40,433 nucleotides of DNA from Nanobdellota archaeon (GTDB lineage: Archaea; Nanobdellota; Nanobdellia; Woesearchaeales; JAHWHD01), in the NCBI GenBank assembly GCA_034722435.1, contig JAYENX010000028.1, positions 1-40,433 on the forward strand, read 5' to 3'. Within the stretch, counting starts at the first letter, position 1. Every line of letters begins with the position of its first letter. A program made the translations under genes and the position numbers. Under the pieces are notes generated by a model. It did not search any database. It was given only the letters and a program-made list of their open reading frames with translations, and was not told where the DNA came from. Shown here in pieces: positions 18,130 through 26,383 of this stretch.

Positions 18130-20202
18130 TTATTCGTTTGGTTCGAATCCTATCAATAAATTAATTCCTGGCGCTATATTTCTTGATGCGTTTCTTGTAT
18201 TTGCAGGAATTCCTGTTTTAACGTCTTCGTTACTCCATATATTTTGATATGAACAAAAATAATCTCCTATAATTTCGCAGTTTTTAGCAGTATTACTGAA
18301 TATTTCTGGTCTTGTATTGATTACAACGCCAGTGTAACTACTATCACTTGCGTTACATATTTTAAATTTTTCTTCATTAGTAAATATTATATCTTGGTAT
18401 TGTTCAGTTTCTTCTGAAAGAAGATCTAATCCGACTGTATGGTTTATATCGATAGGGATTGAGTCCCAACAACCTTTTTCGGAGCCTACCAAGAATTCTC
18501 CTGCATTTTGTGCAGGGTTTGGATCGTCGCCGCAACATGCGGAACCTGTCCATGCTTTACCTTCTAGTTGGTTACAGGTTAGTTTAAGTGCTTCGGGATT
18601 GCCAGAGTCAAGGTCTTCAATCCAGGTATGGAACTGACCTGAGCAATATCTTGTATGGTCATTTTTTACCATGAAATTATCAATTTCTATCATGCTAGTT
18701 CTTGATGGTTCTGTGGATATTTGTATACTTGAGATTTTCTCTTTATCGGATATTAAGTTGAGTGGTATGATAATATGGTTCCATTTATCAGGACGCCAGT
18801 AGTTTGGTACTGTATATTCATTTAAATTGAAACTTTTTACATTGTAGCCATTATTGTAGTAAATGAATAATTTAGATGGCGGTACGTAAATACCTGCTTC
18901 AAATTTGATGTCAAATTCAAAAGTATCAAACGCTTCCCAGTTTTTTATTCTTAAACTTGGTACAGAGTATCTTCCTTCAGAACTACTAGTTACTATGATT
19001 GGACCTTGCGTGTTTTCGTTAATTACACCTTGAACTTGCCAGATTGAGTCGGATCCGTCATTAATGTATGTATTACTTGTTCCAATTGCTGCAATTTTAT
19101 CTCGGTGTTCAACAGCGTTTAAACATTTTCCTTGTGAACAACATTCAGTGATTCGAGTTCCATCTCCCAATTCAGTACATAGATATGCTGGTCCGTATTC
19201 AACAGGATATTCAAATCCTCCGCCTACAGGAAGGGTTTCATCAATTGTAAAACTTCTTGCTTCGGGACCTATGCTTGAAAGTTCATTTTCTGAATTGTCA
19301 ATACATGCATAAAATACTCCTTTTACACCTGTTAAGAGATCTTCGTCGGTCGCTATAATATCGTGTTCATTATAAGGAAATATTCTTAGTTGGTTTCCAG
19401 ATGTGAATGCAAAGTGCCATTTAGCTTCGTTAGGTACATCGTGACCTATTCCGCAAAGGTATTGATCAGCAACTCTTCCGTTGTTTTGTTCAGTAAGATC
19501 ATCACCACAACATTTAGGTCCTGCTGAATCTATGGAGACTCCATCGATTGAGTCTAACCAACTTTCTTCGATAAAGTTAATACTTTTGTGATTTTCAATA
19601 TAACATTCACATGCATCTTTATCTTGGTCCCAGTTTACGAAGTGTGCGTTGGTGATGTCTGTATTGGGACTAATTTGTGAGCTAAGTTGTTGATCAACCC
19701 ATGCTTCATAAGCTGTTCTACAAGAACCTATGCAGACTCCACCTGGTGTTTGTTCAGATATTACCCCATCATTGAAGTTCCAATCACAGTCGCAGTCAAG
19801 GTCTTGATTTTCACATTCAGGATCGTCTACAGGACATTCATTATCTGGTGTACATGTTAAATCTTCTTCTTTTGGACATTGTGTTGGATGTTCTACTGCC
19901 CAACCTGTAGGGCATCCTCCATCAACATAAGTGTAACAGGCTCCAACCTCAACATCTTGCATGTTTGTGACACCAAAAGCTATTGACCATTGTCCTTCAG
20001 TAGAAGACCACATATTATTTGTTTCATCTTTAATGTTCGTTGTTATTTCAGTTTCTTCCCCTGACGTTAAGTCTAATTTTTGCTTTGTATAAGCAATGGT
20101 TCCATCTCTATTAATTAAGTTAAGATATGCATTTTCAGCTAAGCATAGAGTAGAAAATAGAATAAAACCTAAAATTAACAATAGGACTAACTTGTTTCGC
20201 AT
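18130..20202 (-). CDS. Secreted Cys-rich surface protein with CCGDD repeats and CBM-like domain
   Basis: Signal peptide MRNKLVLLLILGFILFSTLCLA, two CCGDD motifs, WEAFDTFEFDI...WNHIIIPL...IEIDNF galactose-binding-like pattern; AGGGG SD. Confidence 0.72.
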   Translation of the reverse strand: MRNKLVLLLILGFILFSTLCLAENAYLNLINRDGTIAYTKQKLDLTSGEETEITTNIKDETNNMWSSTEGQWSIAFGVTNMQDVEVGACYTYVDGGCPTGWAVEHPTQCPKEEDLTCTPDNECPVDDPECENQDLDCDCDWNFNDGVISEQTPGGVCIGSCRTAYEAWVDQQLSSQISPNTDITNAHFVNWDQDKDACECYIENHKSINFIEESWLDSIDGVSIDSAGPKCCGDDLTEQNNGRVADQYLCGIGHDVPNEAKWHFAFTSGNQLRIFPYNEHDIIATDEDLLTGVKGVFYACIDNSENELSSIGPEARSFTIDETLPVGGGFEYPVEYGPAYLCTELGDGTRITECCSQGKCLNAVEHRDKIAAIGTSNTYINDGSDSIWQVQGVINENTQGPIIVTSSSEGRYSVPSLRIKNWEAFDTFEFDIKFEAGIYVPPSKLFIYYNNGYNVKSFNLNEYTVPNYWRPDKWNHIIIPLNLISDKEKISSIQISTEPSRTSMIEIDNFMVKNDHTRYCSGQFHTWIEDLDSGNPEALKLTCNQLEGKAWTGSACCGDDPNPAQNAGEFLVGSEKGCWDSIPIDINHTVGLDLLSEETEQYQDIIFTNEEKFKICNASDSSYTGVVINTRPEIFSNTAKNCEIIGDYFCSYQNIWSNEDVKTGIPANTRNASRNIAPGINLLIGFEPNE

Positions 20203-20277
20203 AATAACCCCTTTTTATATATTTTATTTATAAATATTAGAAAACTTATATATATAAATGTTACGATAAATATTGAG
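20203..20277. promoter_or_regulatory. Divergent promoter region shared by the surface-protein operon and the A24 peptidase/HxsD operon
   Basis: 75-bp AT-rich gap containing TTTATAAA (20227-20234) and TTATATATATAAA (20246-20258). Confidence 0.5.
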
Positions 20278-21423
20278 ATGTTAGATTTAATCTGGTATTT
20301 CTTGCCAATGATTTTGTTTTTAGGAATTATTACTAGTTATCAAGATATTAAAATTGGTAAGATTAAGAATAAATGGGTTTTGTTAGGTTTAGTTTATGCG
20401 TTAGTTGTTAATTTAATTTTGATTTTTTATTTGAATTATACTTCAGGTATAAGGATACATTATGTTTATGAACTTTTTACTAATTTTATTTTTTCAGTTG
20501 TAGTTGGTTTTGGTTTATGGTATTTTGGTGTTTGGAGTGCCGCAGACGGGAAATTGTTTATTGCGTTTTCAGCTTTAGTTCCATTATCGGTGTATGCGCT
20601 TGGTTATCATGAATGGATTCCTTGTTTTACGTTGTTGTTAAACATCTTTTTGTTAAGCTTATTATTTTTGGTTTTGTTGATGTTTAGAAAAACTCAATTA
20701 CATAATTTAAAAAGGGTTGTTCGTTATTTTAAGACTGAATTTTTCAATTTTTACAATCTTTTTGTTTCGATTCTTAGTATTTTCACAATTTCTTGGTTTG
20801 TCCAGATATTGTTTAGATTTGCAGATATTGATGATTACTTGCTTAATTTTTTTTTAGTTATAGTCTTAATGTCTGTACTTAATAAAAAAGGAAGAAAGTT
20901 TCTTTATGTTTCAATACCTGTATTGATAATTAGACTTTTTGTAGATAGGTCAGTATTTAGTTATGAATTTTTGTTACAGTTTATTATTATCATTTTTTTA
21001 TGGAGAATCTTGCAAAGTTTTCTTTCTGGAAGCATCTCTAGGCTTGGGAAAGAGATATTTTCAAATGAGATTAAGCTTAAAGAGTTAAAGCCCGGTATGG
21101 TATTAAGCGATTCCATAATAAAAACTCGTAAATTAACACGGGTGGAGAGGTCTTTGATTGAAAAACAAATGTTAGTTACTGTTAAAAAAAATGATTATCA
21201 TTATATTTTAGGTGGAAAAGGTTCGGATAATGCTTCTAAATTTATTGATCCTGAAGCTGAAGGACTTAGTGAAAAAGAAGTTGAAGAAATAAATGGTCTT
21301 GAATTTGATAAGATTAGAGTTAGTCAAACAATTCCTTTTGCACCTTTGATCTTTTTAGGTGTTTTATTAACTATTTTGCTGAATGGAAATGTTTTAATAT
21401 CAGTAATTCTTGCTTTTTTTTGA
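20278..21423 (+). CDS. A24-family (prepilin/preflagellin type, FlaK/EppA-like) aspartic peptidase with extra TM helices
   Basis: First Asp in TSYQDIKIGKI, second in WSAADGKLF (GxGD variant), C-terminal archaeal peptidase domain ELKPGMVL...EGLS...IPFAPLIFLG; polytopic membrane protein. Confidence 0.8.
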   Translation: MLDLIWYFLPMILFLGIITSYQDIKIGKIKNKWVLLGLVYALVVNLILIFYLNYTSGIRIHYVYELFTNFIFSVVVGFGLWYFGVWSAADGKLFIAFSALVPLSVYALGYHEWIPCFTLLLNIFLLSLLFLVLLMFRKTQLHNLKRVVRYFKTEFFNFYNLFVSILSIFTISWFVQILFRFADIDDYLLNFFLVIVLMSVLNKKGRKFLYVSIPVLIIRLFVDRSVFSYEFLLQFIIIIFLWRILQSFLSGSISRLGKEIFSNEIKLKELKPGMVLSDSIIKTRKLTRVERSLIEKQMLVTVKKNDYHYILGGKGSDNASKFIDPEAEGLSEKEVEEINGLEFDKIRVSQTIPFAPLIFLGVLLTILLNGNVLISVILAFF

Positions 21424-21833
21424 TGGTAGAATTAAGCAATTTAGATATTGACGAGAAAGAAGGCGTTTGTTATATTTCTATAAATCCTAAGATATATCCT
21501 TTGGATGTAATATCTTCAGCAGCTTATGTTTTTTTAGATAGGGCTTATTTAATTTTAGACGGAGATCCTGATAATGAGGTTGTTGTAGAGATGAGATCAA
21601 AATTTGGTGCCGATCTAAAGCAATTAGGTCTTGAATTTAATAATGAACTCTTAAATTATCTAGAATATTCAAAAAGGGCTGAGAAGTCTTTGCCTATAAG
21701 GACTGCCATTATGCAAAGAGCTTTATTAACCAATGATGTTGATAAAGTTGAATCTGAAAATGTCAGTTATCTTGAAGATCCGGAAAATATTGCAGTACTT
21801 TGGGAAGAGAAGCATGAGAAAGATGAATCTTGA
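21423..21833 (+). CDS. hxsD: HxsD-like protein (His-Xaa-Ser system)
   Basis: INPKIYPLDVISSAAYVFLDRAY and EFNNELLNY...IRTAIMQRAL resemble HxsD. ATG overlaps the peptidase stop (TGATG). Confidence 0.8.
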   Translation: MVELSNLDIDEKEGVCYISINPKIYPLDVISSAAYVFLDRAYLILDGDPDNEVVVEMRSKFGADLKQLGLEFNNELLNYLEYSKRAEKSLPIRTAIMQRALLTNDVDKVESENVSYLEDPENIAVLWEEKHEKDES

Positions 21834-22065
21834 AATAAAAAATAGTTCTGTTGTTATTAAATTAAATAAAGTTTTTTATAATTTTGATACTGTGAAGTCT
21901 TCATTAGAAGATTATTCTGAATTAATGGTTGCTGAAGTTAATTATGATGATGTCGATAATATAATACTTGAACTCATACCAAAAAATTTATCCCTTTTAC
22001 CTCAAATTGGTCAAGAGTTCTGTAATTATGTTTTTGCTAAGATGAAGAATCAGCAGTTAATATAA
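21823..22065 (+). CDS. Second, short HxsD-like protein
   Basis: LNKVFYNFDTVKSSLEDY...IGQEFCNYVF parallels the preceding protein. Likely start is 21823 (or 21814) rather than 21733. Confidence 0.65.
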   Translation: MNLEIKNSSVVIKLNKVFYNFDTVKSSLEDYSELMVAEVNYDDVDNIILELIPKNLSLLPQIGQEFCNYVFAKMKNQQLI

Positions 22066-22070
22066 AAATA

Positions 22071-22085
22071 GAAAAGATTATATAT
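22071..22085 (+). promoter_or_regulatory. BRE/TATA-like internal promoter for the 22107-26383 unit
   Basis: GAAAAG followed by TTATATAT; the TATA begins 29 bp before the ATG at 22107, which has no SD. This fits a leaderless transcript. Confidence 0.45.
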
Positions 22086-22106
22086 GAATTTTAGTTTGGT
22101 TCTATT

Positions 22107-22919
22107 ATGGACGAAAATAATAAACCAGTACATTCAATATCTTTGTATAAAATTGCTTTAATCATTATTTTTATTATATTTATATTATTGGCAATTTACA
22201 TTTTTTTACCTAAAGAAGTGGTCGAATCAGGAATTGAATCAGAACTAGAGGTTACTACATCTCCTGAATTTGTTGATTCTTTGGCTCAAGATATTAAAAA
22301 ATTGGATGCTGAGTTAAATGTTTGTAAGTCTGATGATTTCATGAATAGGTGTAATGTTTTTAAGAATAAAGATGTAAGTATGTGTAATTCTATAAATAAT
22401 CCTGCTAGGGCTTTAGGTTGTAAAGTGGATTATTTTATTACGATTGGTGCAATGAACAACAATTTGGAAGAATGTGATTTTATTGCAGATGTTGAATTCG
22501 GTACTTATTGTAGAGCTTTGATATCAGAAAATCTTGAATTATGTAATGATTTGCAAGATCAAAGCAATAAGGATATTTGTATTTCTATAATTTCTTTGAT
22601 GAGCAATCTTGAAGCTGAACATACAGATTATTCTATAAATTATTATTATTATCTTAAAGCATTAAAAAGAAAGAGTGTTATAGAGTGTGATATGATTAGA
22701 GGATTTAATTCTGATGATTTTGAACTTATTAACCAGTGTAAATTAATTCTTGGTCAGAGTGTTGAGTGTACATCAAAAATAAAAGAGAGTTGTGAAGATG
22801 CTTATTATTATAAACTTGCATTATTGAAATCTAATGTTGATGATTGTGATTCTATAATTGATTCCAATTTAAAAGAAGATTGCAAGTTAGATGTAGAAGC
22901 AGGTATTACTTTTATTTAA
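22107..22919 (+). CDS. Membrane-anchored protein with tandem Cys-pair helical repeats
   Basis: N-terminal TM IALIIIFIIFILLAIYIFL; about seven C-x(7-16)-C modules, e.g. CDFIADVEFGTYC and CDSIIDSNLKEDC. Confidence 0.75.
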   Translation: MDENNKPVHSISLYKIALIIIFIIFILLAIYIFLPKEVVESGIESELEVTTSPEFVDSLAQDIKKLDAELNVCKSDDFMNRCNVFKNKDVSMCNSINNPARALGCKVDYFITIGAMNNNLEECDFIADVEFGTYCRALISENLELCNDLQDQSNKDICISIISLMSNLEAEHTDYSINYYYYLKALKRKSVIECDMIRGFNSDDFELINQCKLILGQSVECTSKIKESCEDAYYYKLALLKSNVDDCDSIIDSNLKEDCKLDVEAGITFI

Positions 22920-22920
22920 G

Positions 22921-24300
22921 ATGGATTTAGTAAAAAATTTTTTTAGAACTAGGAGAATTGATGATAATTATTTTCTTACTAATGATTATGGCGGTTATTG
23001 TATACTCAATGAAAAAGAGTATGGTGAGTTAAGATCAGGTAGTATTAGTGATGAGCTTAAACAGAGATTAAGAAATTCTCATATTCTTATAGATGAAAAA
23101 GATTTAGATAGATTGATTTCACTTACAAAAAAAAGATATTCATTTCTTATGCAAGGGACTTCTTTACATATCATCATTCCGACTTTACGGTGTAATATGA
23201 AATGTATTTATTGTCATGCTAGTTCTAGACCTGTTGATGATTTAAGTTGTAATATGGATGAAGAGATTGCGAAGAAGACCGTAGATTTTATTTTTCAATC
23301 TCCTGCAAAAGGGCTGTGTATTGAATTTCAGGGAGGTGAGCCTTTGCTTAATTGGCCTATCTTGAAATTTGTTGTTTCTTATGCTAAAGAGTTGAATAAA
23401 TCACATAATAAAAATCTTTTATTTACTGTTGTGACTAATCTTTCTTTGATGGATGAAGATAAAATGAATTTTTTTATAGATGAAGGTGTGGATATTTGTA
23501 CATCTCTTGATGGTCATAAAGAGTTACATGATAAGAACAGGCTTTTAGTTGGAGGCAGTAATTATGATCAAGTGTTATTTTGGCTGAAAAAAATAAATGA
23601 AGAATATTTAAAGAGAGGCATAAAAGAAAAACGTGTTCATGCACTCCCTACAATAACAAAAGAAAGTTTGAAATATTCTAGGCAGATAATTGATGAATAT
23701 ATTAAACTTGGATTGAAAGAGATACATATCAGATTTCTTAATAATTTAGGTGTTGCAAAGGATTCGTGGTTTAATATTAATTATAGTGTATATGATTTTA
23801 TGAAATTTTGGATTGATTCTGTTGAATATATTAAAGAGTTGCAAAAGCAAGGAATTGAGATCAATGAGCGCATGGTTAAGATAATGTTTTCAAAGATTGA
23901 AACTGGTGAAGACCCTAATTATCTTGATTTAAGAAGTCCTTGTGGTGCTGCGATTGGGCAGTTAGCTTATAGTTATAATGGTGATATATTTACTTGCGAT
24001 GAAGCACGTATGATTGGAAATAATGATCTGTTTCTTTTAGGGAATGTTAAATTTAGCAAGTATTCGGATATTGTAACTTGTGATAAAGCTTGCGCAACTG
24101 TAAACTCTTCAATAAATGATCAGTATATATGTGATACTTGTGCTTATAAGCCATACTGTGGACTTTGTCCTGTTTGTGCTTATGCTGAGCAAGGAACAAT
24201 AATAACTAAAGTTTCTGATTCAAGTAGATGTAAGATATTTAAGCAACAGTTTGATTGGGTTATCAAAGAAAAGTTTATAAACCTAAAAATCTCTAAATAG
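22921..24300 (+). CDS. hxsB: Radical SAM/SPASM maturase, HxsB-like
   Basis: TSLHIIIPTLRCNMKCIYCH (CxxxCxxC), IEFQGGEPLLN, LRSPCGAAIGQLAY..GDIFTCDE, CDTCAYKPYCGLCPVC SPASM. Confidence 0.9.
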   Translation: MDLVKNFFRTRRIDDNYFLTNDYGGYCILNEKEYGELRSGSISDELKQRLRNSHILIDEKDLDRLISLTKKRYSFLMQGTSLHIIIPTLRCNMKCIYCHASSRPVDDLSCNMDEEIAKKTVDFIFQSPAKGLCIEFQGGEPLLNWPILKFVVSYAKELNKSHNKNLLFTVVTNLSLMDEDKMNFFIDEGVDICTSLDGHKELHDKNRLLVGGSNYDQVLFWLKKINEEYLKRGIKEKRVHALPTITKESLKYSRQIIDEYIKLGLKEIHIRFLNNLGVAKDSWFNINYSVYDFMKFWIDSVEYIKELQKQGIEINERMVKIMFSKIETGEDPNYLDLRSPCGAAIGQLAYSYNGDIFTCDEARMIGNNDLFLLGNVKFSKYSDIVTCDKACATVNSSINDQYICDTCAYKPYCGLCPVCAYAEQGTIITKVSDSSRCKIFKQQFDWVIKEKFINLKISK

Positions 24301-24304
24301 TTAA

Positions 24305-24619
24305 ATGGCAGTTTTTCCTAAAATAAAGAGAAAAGTGAATTCTTTTTTACGTAATGAGGAAGGTAAAATTAGTAAAGAAAAGATTATCAAAGCTGGTGTT
24401 TTATTAAGTATTGTTGCAATTGGAACAGCGAAATCTGCTAAAGCAGATTGTGTCAGTTCACTTAATGCCAATACTGGAGGAACACATACAAATCATTGTA
24501 ACAGTCCTGTTGATGTTGTATACGATTCTGCTGCTATTACTGCTACAGGCACTCATGGTCATGCGACACATAGTAATCATGCTAGTCATGGAAGTCATGG
24601 TCACGGTGGTGCTTCTTGA
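24305..24619 (+). CDS. His-Xaa-Ser/Asn/Thr repeat precursor peptide (HxsA-like)
   Basis: 104 aa with 9 His; HAT-HSN-HAS-HGS-H puts His at exact 3-residue spacing (H86, 89, 92, 95, 98), plus HTN-HCN; sits between two rSAM genes with 4-6 bp gaps. Confidence 0.85.
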   Translation: MAVFPKIKRKVNSFLRNEEGKISKEKIIKAGVLLSIVAIGTAKSAKADCVSSLNANTGGTHTNHCNSPVDVVYDSAAITATGTHGHATHSNHASHGSHGHGGAS

Positions 24620-24625
24620 AGTAAA

Positions 24626-26383
24626 ATGAGTCAAAATAAAATAGAATTTAATTTTTTTGATGAATCTTTTCTCTTGTATCTTAAAACTTCAATTGATTTT
24701 GATAATATTGTTAAACTAAATTCGCAAACTTTTTTGGTATTAAAAGATTTTAAAAAATATATTGCTAAATTTATATATGGAAATCAATTGAAAATTGATG
24801 TTGATTCTGTAGTTAATTTTATTGACGCTTATAATGAACTGAATGTTAATACTCCAAAGATTGTTGAATTTAAAGAAGAAAATAATTTTTATTTTTTTTT
24901 AGTTGAATTTATTGAAGGCGTTTCTATGAAATCTAATGAGAAATATGATTTTATTAATCTTTCCAGGGTTAAGTTACTTGCAAAATCATTAGCTGATTTT
25001 CATGAACCTTGTTTGATGATGGGGGAATATGGATTACAGACAATAATACATGGGGATTTGAATATTGGTAATATTTTAAGATCTAATTCCAGATATTATT
25101 TTATAGATAATGTGATTAATTTAATGAAATTTTCAGAAAAACTTTATCAAGACCCTGCTTTAGATGTTGCAAAGATTATTTTGAGTTTAAGAGAATCTTG
25201 TTTCTGGAAACCTTCCTTTGAAAATAAATTTATCTTAGAATATATTAATCATTTGAGTGTTGGAGTAATTTATGATGCTTTTTTCAGAAAAGTTATTTCT
25301 TTAATAAAAGAATCAGAAATGCAATTGAAAAATCCTAAACTACTTTTGTCTCATGCATCTTTTCAGTTAACTTCTGATTGTAATCTTAATTGTAAATATT
25401 GTTATCAACATGAAAAATCTGGAAAAAGTATGAGTTTTGATGAATTTACTAATGCATTTTCTAAATTATTGGGCTTTTTGAATAAAAATGTTGAGTTTGT
25501 ATTTACTGGTGGAGAACCGCTTTTGAACTTTGACCTTTTAAAAGAGGCAGTGAATAGTATTAAAACAGTTAAAGAGTTAAATCCGCAGTTTAAGATATTG
25601 ACTAATGGTCTTTTGTTGAATTCTGAAATAATTTCTTTTTTAAAAGAGAATGAATTTTTAGTTGCGATAAGTATTGATGGTGATAAGAGTAATGTTTTTA
25701 GAATATGTGATGAGCTAAAGTTACAATTAGAGTTAGAAAATAGTGTAAAATTGCTTGTTAGTAGTGGTTGTAATTATTATGCTCGTATGACTATTCATCC
25801 TACGAGTGCGAAATTTTTATATGATGATTTTAAGTATTTGAAGTCTTTAGGTGTTAAGAAGTTTGCGATTGAACCTTGTTTGAATTCAGGTATTTTTTGG
25901 GGTGAACATTCTGAAGACTTTTTGAGTAATTATAGAAAGATAGTGGAAAATTTAGCTCTTGATTTTAATACTGATTCTGAATTGTTTTTTAGAGATTTAA
26001 ATTTTTTTGATACTAAAATTTTAGAATCTACGAATCCTGCAGAAGAATTTTATTGTGCAAATTGTTCGGATACTGTGTTTGTATCTGCTGAAGGGGGAAT
26101 ATATTTTGCTGAGTGCGGTATGGGTGCTTATTTTAAGAAAAAAAAATATTTTATTGGCGATTTATTAGGTGGTCTTGACTATGATCTAATTAATAAATCT
26201 AGATCGGAGCTAATTCAGAAATTTCAGATAAATGATCAAGAGATATATTGTGGTAAACCTTGTCTAAGTTGTAATGTAGTAACTGGAGAAAAATTAGGTG
26301 ATCAAGAATTTTTAGATCTTTATAAATTAAATCAAAAAAGATATGCTGTTGCTAGGGATGTTTATGAGAAAATTAAGGTCTAA
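24626..26383 (+). CDS. Fusion of an APH/choline-kinase-like phosphotransferase and a radical SAM (SPASM/Twitch-type) domain
   Basis: Kinase half: TPKIV, LVEFIEG, LADFH, IHGDLNIGNIL, FIDN, DPALDVA. rSAM half: CNLNCKYC at aa 252, FTGGEPLLN, TNG, ISIDG, C-terminal Cys clusters. No stop between the halves. Confidence 0.85.
   Translation: MSQNKIEFNFFDESFLLYLKTSIDFDNIVKLNSQTFLVLKDFKKYIAKFIYGNQLKIDVDSVVNFIDAYNELNVNTPKIVEFKEENNFYFFLVEFIEGVSMKSNEKYDFINLSRVKLLAKSLADFHEPCLMMGEYGLQTIIHGDLNIGNILRSNSRYYFIDNVINLMKFSEKLYQDPALDVAKIILSLRESCFWKPSFENKFILEYINHLSVGVIYDAFFRKVISLIKESEMQLKNPKLLLSHASFQLTSDCNLNCKYCYQHEKSGKSMSFDEFTNAFSKLLGFLNKNVEFVFTGGEPLLNFDLLKEAVNSIKTVKELNPQFKILTNGLLLNSEIISFLKENEFLVAISIDGDKSNVFRICDELKLQLELENSVKLLVSSGCNYYARMTIHPTSAKFLYDDFKYLKSLGVKKFAIEPCLNSGIFWGEHSEDFLSNYRKIVENLALDFNTDSELFFRDLNFFDTKILESTNPAEEFYCANCSDTVFVSAEGGIYFAECGMGAYFKKKKYFIGDLLGGLDYDLINKSRSELIQKFQINDQEIYCGKPCLSCNVVTGEKLGDQEFLDLYKLNQKRYAVARDVYEKIKV

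Noticed and set aside
18130-18140. Possible broken single gene spanning the 690-aa and 747-aa surface proteins
   Set aside because: An intact 154-aa gene with its own SD intervenes, and the 747-aa protein has its own signal peptide.
21733-21822. N-terminal extensions of ORF-track starts (21733; likewise 230, 7391, 21420, 30675)
   Set aside because: They create long overlaps or lack initiation signals; downstream ATGs fit SD position or gene coupling better.
24550-24610. Tandem CATGGT/CATAGT-like short repeats, considered as a microsatellite or contingency locus
   Set aside because: Imperfect and fully explained by the His-Xaa-Ser coding periodicity.
24411-24629. 72-aa alternative-frame ORF over the precursor
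   Set aside because: Frame-shifted reading of the CAT/GGT/AGT repeats; no motif, and the His-triplet frame fits the operon spacing.
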